Assembly: GCA_018825785.1 (NCBI GenBank)
Contig: JAHKAY010000007.1
Coordinates: forward strand, 35,033 to 99,032
DNA: 64,000 nt
DNA from: Chloroflexota bacterium
GTDB lineage: Bacteria; Chloroflexota; Dehalococcoidia; JACVQG01; JAHKAY01
Direction of reading: 5' to 3'
Shown: in pieces, positions 57,815 through 64,000 of the stretch
Position numbering within the stretch: position 1 is the first letter of the stretch
Layout: each line of letters opens with the position of its first letter
Made by a program: the position numbers and the translations under genes
Notes under the pieces: generated by a model
What the model saw: the letters and a program-made list of their open reading frames with translations, nothing else
The model's database searches: none
Told to the model about the DNA's origin: nothing

Positions 57815-57877
57815 CGGGAAGAGCGGGGAAAAGGCATCCATGGTTTTTGCCATACTAGTTTAGAAAGGAGGCGGGAA

Positions 57878-58972
57878 TTGCAGATTACCCTTAGCGTCAT
57901 CAAGGCCGATATAGGGGGCTACGTGGGGCATTCCAGCTCCCACCCCGACTGCCTGGCGAGAGCCGGGGAGCTCCTGGAGAAGGCCAAAAAGGCGGGGCTC
58001 CTGATAGACTTCCATGTCACCAACTGCGGGGATGACCTGGAGCTCATCATGACCCACCAGCAGGGGGAGACCAGCGAGCGGGTCCACCGGCTTGCCTGGG
58101 ATGTCTTCATAGAGGCCACCAAGATAGCCCGGCAGCTCAAGCTCCACGGGGCGGGCCAGGACCTCCTCTCCGACGCCTTCTCCGGCAATATCCGGGGTAT
58201 GGGCCCCGGGGTGGCAGAGATGGCCTTCCAGGAGCGGGAGGCGGAGACCATTATCATCCTTATGGCCGATAAGACCTCCTCCGGTGCCTGGAACCTCCCC
58301 CTCTACAAGATGTTCGCCGACCCCTTCAACACCATAGGCCTGGTCATCGCCCCCAATATGCACTCGGGCTTTTCCTTTGAGGTGCTGGACATCAAGGAGC
58401 ACCAGAAAATCCTCTTCAACGCGCCGGAAGATATCTATGACATGCTGGTGTTCATGGGGGCCCCATCCCGCTTTTGTGTCAAGGCGGTCTACCACCGGGA
58501 GACCAAGGAGATTGCGGCCGTCTCCTCCACCGAGAGGCTGGCCCTGATTGCAGGAAGATATGTGGGGAAGGACGACCCGGTGTGCGTGGTGCGCTCCCAG
58601 GGCCAGTTCCCCGCCGTGGGGGAGGTGCTGGAGCCTTTTGCTTATCCCTTCTTTGTGGAGGGGTGGATGCGGGGCTCCCACCACGGCCCCTTGATGCCCG
58701 TGGCTGTGAGGGAGGCCAACCCCTCCCGTTTTGACGGTCCGCCCAGGGTCACTTCTCTGGGATTCCAGCTGTCCTCGGGCCGGCTGGTGGGCCCCCGGGA
58801 CATGTTTGATGACCCTGCCTTTGACCAGGCCCGAAAGATGGCCAACGATATGGCCTACCACATGCGCCGACATGGCCCCTTTGAGCCCCACCGCCTACCC
58901 CTGGAGGAGATGGAATACACCACCATGCCCCAGGTGATGAAGAAGGTAACCGGGAGGTTCGTCAAGGTCTGA
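57878..58972 (+). CDS. fbp: Bifunctional fructose-1,6-bisphosphate aldolase/phosphatase (class V FBPase)
   Basis: MQITLSVIKADIGGYVGHSSSHPD...IDFHVTNCGDDLELIMTH... is the hallmark FBPA/P N-terminus. TTG start after AAAGGAGG. Confidence 0.9.
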   Translation: MQITLSVIKADIGGYVGHSSSHPDCLARAGELLEKAKKAGLLIDFHVTNCGDDLELIMTHQQGETSERVHRLAWDVFIEATKIARQLKLHGAGQDLLSDAFSGNIRGMGPGVAEMAFQEREAETIIILMADKTSSGAWNLPLYKMFADPFNTIGLVIAPNMHSGFSFEVLDIKEHQKILFNAPEDIYDMLVFMGAPSRFCVKAVYHRETKEIAAVSSTERLALIAGRYVGKDDPVCVVRSQGQFPAVGEVLEPFAYPFFVEGWMRGSHHGPLMPVAVREANPSRFDGPPRVTSLGFQLSSGRLVGPRDMFDDPAFDQARKMANDMAYHMRRHGPFEPHRLPLEEMEYTTMPQVMKKVTGRFVKV

Positions 58973-59562
58973 AGCGGCTTCTCATTGGCACCCGCAACCC
59001 GGGCAAGCTGGGGGAATACCGCCTCCTCCTGGCCAGTTCTGGCTTTGAGCTCGCCACCCCCCAGGAGCTGGGCCTGGAAGCGGACGAGGCCGAGGGGACC
59101 ACCAGCCTGGAGGAGAACGCCGTTGCCAAAGCAAAGCTCTATGCCCGGAAGGGCGGCCTCCTCACCCTGGCCGAGGATTCGGGCCTTTTCGTGGATGCCC
59201 TGGGCGGGGCGCCGGGGGTGCTTTCGGCCCGCTTCGGGGCCTCGGACCGGGAAAGGATAGACCGGCTGCTGGGGGACCTGAAGGGTATACCCCGGGAGGA
59301 AAGGGGTGCCCGTTTTGTCTGCGTCATCGCCCTGGCCGAGCCGGGCAAGCCGTTGGGGGTCTTCCGAGGGGAGGTGGCGGGGGAGATAGCCGGCGGGCCC
59401 ACGGGTTCCTCCGGTTTTGGCTATGACCCCGTCTTCTTTCTGCGCGGCCTGGGCAAAACCATGGCTGAGCTTTCCCCGGAGGAGAAGAACCGGATAAGCC
59501 ACCGGGGCCAGGCCGCCCGTAAGGCCCTCATGGTTCTGCGCGGCCTGTTGACAGGGGCCTAG
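58969..59562 (+). CDS. rdgB: Non-canonical purine NTP pyrophosphatase (RdgB/HAM1 family)
   Basis: ...LLIGTRNPGKLGEYRLLL...EENAVAKA...EDSGLFVDALGGAPGVLSARF...FGYDPVF. There is no in-frame ATG/GTG/TTG before the conserved N-terminus. A CTG at 58969 overlaps the fbp stop (cTGA). The track shows only the 3' 123 codons. Confidence 0.75.
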   Translation: MKRLLIGTRNPGKLGEYRLLLASSGFELATPQELGLEADEAEGTTSLEENAVAKAKLYARKGGLLTLAEDSGLFVDALGGAPGVLSARFGASDRERIDRLLGDLKGIPREERGARFVCVIALAEPGKPLGVFRGEVAGEIAGGPTGSSGFGYDPVFFLRGLGKTMAELSPEEKNRISHRGQAARKALMVLRGLLTGA

Positions 59563-59607
59563 GCCACTTCTAATATTGGCTCATCTCGCTGGGGTAAGGA
59601 GGGGAAC

Positions 59608-60018
59608 ATGCAGGTTTCAGCGGGCAGGCTTACAGGGATAAAGGTGGTCCTCTGGGTGGGGATGGTCCTGGCGGCGTTCTGGGCTATAGGCAATCTGGTC
59701 TTCCCCGAGGCCGTGCACGAGGCCACCGCCCCGGCCGGGGAGCCCTTCACCAGCTCCCTCAATACCGCGAGCCTGGAAATAGGGGCCCTTGCCCTCGCCT
59801 GGGCGTTCGCCTTGGCGATGGCCATACGGAGGCCCCTGGAAAACCCGGGGCTCCTCTTGGCCATTATTGCTGCCATGCTCATCATCGGGCTCGTAGGAGT
59901 CTACATTGAGGCGTTCGTCTCCGAGCGGCCTACCGCCATTATGTGGGGCACCGACATCGTGTTGCTGGCCCTGGGGGTGGCCCTGCTGTTGCTCCTTCCC
60001 CGCGCCAGGAAGGCTTAG
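59608..60018 (+). CDS. Hypothetical membrane protein (136 aa)
   Basis: Four hydrophobic helices. Confidence 0.45.
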   Translation: MQVSAGRLTGIKVVLWVGMVLAAFWAIGNLVFPEAVHEATAPAGEPFTSSLNTASLEIGALALAWAFALAMAIRRPLENPGLLLAIIAAMLIIGLVGVYIEAFVSERPTAIMWGTDIVLLALGVALLLLLPRARKA

Positions 60019-60063
60019 CTTCTCCAGGCAAGCCCTGCCGATTTTTGTTAAGATAATAGCAAT

Positions 60064-61038
60064 ATGACTGGCCTCTCCGACTCCTTCCAGCGGCCCATTA
60101 ACTATCTGCGCATCTCCATCACCGACCGCTGTAATCTCAGGTGTTTCTATTGCATGCCCGAGAAGGGCGTGCCCCTCCTCCCCCGGGAACACCTCCTCAC
60201 CTACGAGGAGATAGCCCGGGTGGTGGGGGCGGCAGTGGGGCTGGGCATCACCAAAGTCCGGCTCACTGGGGGGGAGCCCCTGGCCAGGGCCGGACTGGTG
60301 GACATGGTCTCCATGCTCTCCAGGATTGAAGGCCTGGACGACCTCTCCCTCACCACCAACGGACTCCTGCTGGCAGACTTCGCCGCAGCCTTGAAGAGGG
60401 CCGGGCTCAAAAGGGTAAATGTCAGCCTGGATACTTTCAACCCCCAGCGCTTCCGCCGCATCACCGGCGGGGAGGGGCTGGAAGCGGTCCTCCAGGGGAT
60501 TGAGGCGGCAAAAGAGGCGGGGCTGAATCCGGTAAAGGTCAACACTGTGGTCATACCGGGGGTGAACGACGATGAGCTCCTGGCCTTCGGCCAGAGGAGC
60601 CTGGAAGGCTGGCATGTCCGCTTTATCGAGCTTATGCCCTTCGGCCAGGCCGGGGGCCTTCCCACCCTTTACGTTTCCCAGATGGTGGCAAGGCTTGAAG
60701 AGGCTTTTGGCCCCCTCACCCTCGCCATCAACAGGGGTGGCGGGCCTGCCCGTTATTTCCGCCTCCCCGGGGCCAAAGGCACCATCGGCTTCATCTCCCC
60801 CATAAGCCAGCACTTCTGCTTTGCCTGCAACCGCCTCCGCCTCACCGCCGAGGGAAAACTGCGCCCCTGCCTCCTGCAGGAAACCGAGGTGGACCTCAGG
60901 GCCCCACTCCGCAACGGGGCCTCCGCGGGGGAACTGGAGGGCATCATCCGGAAGGCGGTGGCCCAGAAGCCTCTCAGACACTGCCTTGAAGAAAAGAAGC
61001 CCCAGGACGCCAAGTGCATGGCCCGGCTGGGGGGCTAG
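60064..61038 (+). CDS. moaA: GTP 3',8-cyclase (molybdenum cofactor biosynthesis protein A)
   Basis: INYLRISITDRCNLRCFYCMPE (radical-SAM CX3CX2C), C-terminal CFACNRLRLTAEGKLRPC. Confidence 0.9.
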   Translation: MTGLSDSFQRPINYLRISITDRCNLRCFYCMPEKGVPLLPREHLLTYEEIARVVGAAVGLGITKVRLTGGEPLARAGLVDMVSMLSRIEGLDDLSLTTNGLLLADFAAALKRAGLKRVNVSLDTFNPQRFRRITGGEGLEAVLQGIEAAKEAGLNPVKVNTVVIPGVNDDELLAFGQRSLEGWHVRFIELMPFGQAGGLPTLYVSQMVARLEEAFGPLTLAINRGGGPARYFRLPGAKGTIGFISPISQHFCFACNRLRLTAEGKLRPCLLQETEVDLRAPLRNGASAGELEGIIRKAVAQKPLRHCLEEKKPQDAKCMARLGG

Positions 61039-61040
61039 GC

Positions 61041-61892
61041 ATGATAGAGGTCTATACCGATGGGGCCTGCCTGGGAAACCCCGGTCCCGGCGGCTGGGCC
61101 GCCCTGGTGGTGGACGCAGGCAAGAGGCTTGTCTTTGAGGGCCGGGAAGAGAAGACCACCAACAACCGCATGGAGCTGAGGGCCGCCATCGAGGGCCTGG
61201 CCCGCACCGCTCCCGGTTCCCAGGTCGTCCTCTACAGCGATAGCCAGTACCTGGTCTACACCATGACCCGCAACTGGAAGCGCAAAGCCAACCTGGACCT
61301 GTGGCAGAGGCTGGACGCCCTGTCCCGGGAGCGCCATGTGAAGTGGGAGTGGCGGCCCGGGGAGGAAGGCCCTGACTTGGCGGAGGCCCACCGCAGGGCC
61401 GATGGGATGGCCGGCATTAAAGCTGACCAGCCTGTCCGCATGGTGGATGTAGGGGGCAAGCCGGTAACCCGACGGGAGGCGGTGGCGAAGGCCCTGGTAA
61501 AGCTAAGCCCTCAGACCCTGGCCCTCCTCCAGAAGGGCGGACTGCCCAAAGGGGACCCCCTGGCTGCCGCTCAGGTAGCGGGAACCCTTGCCGCCAAGGA
61601 TGTCCCCCACCTCATCCCCCTCTGCCACCCCCTGCCCATAGATGAGGTAAAAATAGACCTCCGCCTGGACAGCAGTAGCGGGACAGTGGAGATAACGGCC
61701 TCGGTGCTGGGGGAGGCCAGGACTGGCTACGAGATGGAGGCCCTGACCGCAGCGGCGCTGGCCGCCCTAACTATCTACGATATGGTCAAGGCCCAGGACC
61801 CGGGCCCGACAATAGAGATAAGGCTCGTCAGCAAGAGCGGCGGAAAGAGCGGGACGGTAGTCCTGCCCCAGGAGTTCAGGCCACTTTCTTGA
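61041..61892 (+). CDS. Fusion ORF: RNase HI domain + cyclic pyranopterin monophosphate synthase MoaC domain
   Basis: N-terminus MIEVYTDGACLGNPGPGGWAAL...TTNNRMELRAAIEGL...LYSDSQYLV...WKRKANLDLWQRLDA...KWEWRPGEEGPDLAEA (RNase HI with D/E/D/D positions retained). C-terminus MVDVGGKPVTRREAVA...IPLCHPLPIDEVKIDL...GYEMEALTAAALAALTIYDMVKA (MoaC). Single uninterrupted frame. Confidence 0.7.
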   Translation: MIEVYTDGACLGNPGPGGWAALVVDAGKRLVFEGREEKTTNNRMELRAAIEGLARTAPGSQVVLYSDSQYLVYTMTRNWKRKANLDLWQRLDALSRERHVKWEWRPGEEGPDLAEAHRRADGMAGIKADQPVRMVDVGGKPVTRREAVAKALVKLSPQTLALLQKGGLPKGDPLAAAQVAGTLAAKDVPHLIPLCHPLPIDEVKIDLRLDSSSGTVEITASVLGEARTGYEMEALTAAALAALTIYDMVKAQDPGPTIEIRLVSKSGGKSGTVVLPQEFRPLS

Positions 61893-62136
61893 TGATGGCC
61901 TCCCAGTGCTGGGGCCCTTTCTCCTGGGAGTTCCACTGAAACCGGCCGCTGTGCTCCATCATTAACTGGTAACTCAGGGGACGGGGGTCGTGGTCATTGA
62001 CCAACAGCAGGCTGTCCCCCGGAGCCAGGCTTTCAAAGATTTCAAGTATCTTGGGACGGCGCTCCCAGGGAGGCATGGACCGCACATCCAGGGTCAGCGT
62101 CTTGGTCTTCGCCATAGGAACCTCCTCTGTTGCCAA
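61876..62136 (-). CDS. DUF2249-domain protein
   Basis: 86 aa. TLDVRSMPPWERRPKILEIFESLAPGDSLLLVNDHDPRPLSYQL matches the DUF2249 pattern. Confidence 0.65.
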   Translation of the reverse strand: MATEEVPMAKTKTLTLDVRSMPPWERRPKILEIFESLAPGDSLLLVNDHDPRPLSYQLMMEHSGRFQWNSQEKGPQHWEAIIKKVA

Positions 62137-62270
62137 CTATAGCGGGCCCCTCACCAGGCTGATATGACCAAAGTCACAACTCAGCAGGGGCAAGCCCTTG
62201 CCCGGTGGGGTGGGGTGGGATATACTGACGAACACGGAATAGGCAAAGAGCTTTATTGGGAGGGCGTGAG

Positions 62271-63398
62271 ATGAGGATTTCCTGTCTTCAGGAGAATCTA
62301 AGCCGGGGGCTGGGAGTGGTGGGGAGGGCGGTGCCCACCCGCGCTACCCTGCCCATCACCAGCAATGTCCTCCTGGCCACCGACCAGGGGAGACTCAAGC
62401 TAGTGTCCACCAACCTGGAGATTGCCCTCACCTGCTGGATAGGGGCCAAGGTAGAGGAAGAAGGGGCCATCACTATCCCCGCCCGTCTCCTGGAGGCTTT
62501 CGTCAACTCCCTCCCTGCGGACAAGGTGGACCTCACTCTCTCCGGCCGCAGCCTCCAGGTGAAATGCGCCCGCTTTGAGGCCCGCATCTCCGGCCTGGAC
62601 GCCGACGATTTTCCCCCTATCCCCAGGGTCAGCGAGGGGGTGTCCACCAGGGTTGAGGCCCCCGCCCTGCGCCGGGCCATCGCCCAGGTGGTCTTCGCTG
62701 CCGCCACCGAGGATACCCGCCCGGTGCTTACGGGGGTGAACGGGGAACTGGAGGGCCAGACCCTGACCCTGGCCGCCGCCGACGGTTTCCGCCTGGCGGT
62801 CCACGGGCTGGCACTCCCCTCCCCCGTCCCCGGCCGCACCGTGGCCATCATCCCCTCCCGGGCCCTCGGCGAGCTCTCCCGCCTCCTCTCCGACCAGGAG
62901 GAACCGGTGGAGATGGTCCTCAGCCCTCAGAAGGGCCAGGTGCGCTTCACCCTCAAGAACACCGAGATGGTCTCCCAGCTCATCCAGGGGACCTTCCCCA
63001 ACTACCAGCAGCTCATCCCCCAGAGCTATACCACACGGGCCGTGGTGAACACCGCCGAATTCCTCCGGGCCACCAGGACCGCCTCCATCTTCGCCCGGGA
63101 CGGGAGCGGCATTGTGCGGGTGGTCGTCACCCCCGGCGGGGAGCTGGGGGTGGGCAAGCTCACCATCTCGGCCCGGGCCGAGGAGATAGGGGAGAATGTG
63201 GGGGAGATAGATGCCCAGGTGAGCGGGGAGGGGGGGAAGATAGCCTTCAACAGCAAGTACCTGGGGGACGTCCTGGGCGTGATAGAGACAGAGAAAGTGT
63301 CCCTGGACACCACCAGCCCCTCCAGCCCCGGCGTCCTCAAGCCCGTCGGCGCCGAAAACTACATCCACGTCGTCATGCCGATGTTTGTCCAGTGGTGA
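62271..63398 (+). CDS. dnaN: DNA polymerase III beta sliding clamp
   Basis: MRISCLQENLSRGLGVVGRAVPTRATLPITSNVLLATDQGRLKLVSTNLEIAL, three-domain length. Confidence 0.9.
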   Translation: MRISCLQENLSRGLGVVGRAVPTRATLPITSNVLLATDQGRLKLVSTNLEIALTCWIGAKVEEEGAITIPARLLEAFVNSLPADKVDLTLSGRSLQVKCARFEARISGLDADDFPPIPRVSEGVSTRVEAPALRRAIAQVVFAAATEDTRPVLTGVNGELEGQTLTLAAADGFRLAVHGLALPSPVPGRTVAIIPSRALGELSRLLSDQEEPVEMVLSPQKGQVRFTLKNTEMVSQLIQGTFPNYQQLIPQSYTTRAVVNTAEFLRATRTASIFARDGSGIVRVVVTPGGELGVGKLTISARAEEIGENVGEIDAQVSGEGGKIAFNSKYLGDVLGVIETEKVSLDTTSPSSPGVLKPVGAENYIHVVMPMFVQW

Positions 63399-64000
63399 GT
63401 ACGTTCGGCTGAAGGTAACCTCTGATATCTACACCTTCCGCACTAGCGGTGACCTTTAGGTCCAGGTAGGTGTAGGCATCTTTCTTGTCCTCATTTGTGC
63501 AGTTGTCCAGGTCAGGCGCTATTCTAGCGCATAGCTCTGTTAGCTTGGCTTCGTAGTCGCCCATCTTGGCAATATTCTCTTTGGTCTGAATCAAGGCGGC
63601 AAGCCGCGTCTGGTCAGCTTCCTTTTCCTTCTTGGTCTGGTTCATTTCGTCCAGTACTACGTCAGGCGTAAACCCCAGCTTGAATGCCTGCATTAGACGC
63701 CGTTCTTGACCGGCATACTGCTTTAGCTTTCTATTGAGACCCTTGATTTCCTGGTCAATCGTGCCACTTGATACCTGGCTCTGTTCCGCTTCGGTATGCT
63801 TCCGTATTTCAGCCAGGAGAGTTCCAGGGTGACGCAGGACGCTTTTCACCTTTTCCCATACCGCTCCTTCAAGCCATTCAGCCTGAATATACCGGGCATC
63901 GCAAATCTTCTTCCGTGAAGCAGTCGGGTATGTACCGCGACAGTGATAGTAACGGTAGTTGCCCCTGAGACAGCTTCCAACGAGCGGACTACCGCAGTAC
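63373..64000 (-). CDS. Large serine recombinase (C-terminal portion; 5' end beyond window)
   Basis: The minus-strand frame is open to the window edge. YCGSPLVGSCLRGNYRYYHCRG.....CDARY is the recombinase zinc-beta-ribbon, followed by a coiled-coil region typical of phiC31/TnpX-type large serine recombinases. Locally lower GC. The stop overlaps the dnaN 3' end by 26 nt. Confidence 0.7.
   Translation of the reverse strand, partial: YCGSPLVGSCLRGNYRYYHCRGTYPTASRKKICDARYIQAEWLEGAVWEKVKSVLRHPGTLLAEIRKHTEAEQSQVSSGTIDQEIKGLNRKLKQYAGQERRLMQAFKLGFTPDVVLDEMNQTKKEKEADQTRLAALIQTKENIAKMGDYEAKLTELCARIAPDLDNCTNEDKKDAYTYLDLKVTASAEGVDIRGYLQPNVLTTGQTSA

Noticed and set aside
1-64000. CRISPR arrays, rRNA, tRNA
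   Set aside because: There are no short direct repeats with unique spacers, no rRNA-like conserved stretches and no tRNA cloverleaf candidates. The only strong tandem repeats are the in-frame NHL and SBBP coding repeats.

Overview
High-GC (~65-68%) bacterial chromosomal segment, probably from an uncultivated anaerobe. A Chloroflexota-like or similar deep-branching lineage is my guess, not something the sequence proves. About 75 protein-coding genes are supportable. I found no rRNA, tRNA or CRISPR array.

Main blocks on the minus strand:
- A complete trp operon: T-box leader, then trpE-D-C-F-B-A-trpB2, with trpG at the far end.
- Inserted between trpB2 and trpG, a tightly packed module: NurA-like nuclease, TusA, DsrE-like, a 194-aa hypothetical and a HerA-like ATPase. 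It has its own extended -10 near-leaderless promoter.
- An 841-aa fusion of an FAD oxidoreductase with a type-II NADH dehydrogenase, then recF.
- A lower-GC patch with a MerR-like regulator, two paralogous cytochrome c lipoproteins and a secreted HDAC-like protein. The cytochrome and HDAC-like genes are driven by two copies of the same ~65-bp promoter element.
- A MetF-MetV MTHFR cluster whose partner is a 660-aa GltD-like/2x[4Fe-4S]/MvhD-like fusion, followed by an MBL hydrolase and a ferredoxin.
- Also on the minus strand: pepA, tungsten-type AOR, plsY, degV, a PadR/HAAS pair, proA, recA-recX, and an ABC-2 transporter.

Main blocks on the plus strand:
- Two very repetitive secreted beta-propeller proteins (NHL and SBBP+FN3).
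- cmk, plsC, ispH, comEA-comEC, rph-tatD, polA, mutM.
- cobO, the bifunctional FBP aldolase/phosphatase, rdgB, moaA, an RNase HI-MoaC fusion ORF, and dnaN.

A hicAB pair with an AT-rich orphan gene sits convergent to tatD on the minus strand. A large serine recombinase starts at the window edge, overlapping the dnaN 3' end.

Further oddities are listed in the findings: an orphan promoter-to-terminator unit with no ORF, a frameshift-like Tat-signal ORF ahead of a DUF362 gene, and a palindrome with G9/G8/C7 homopolymers in a divergent promoter region.
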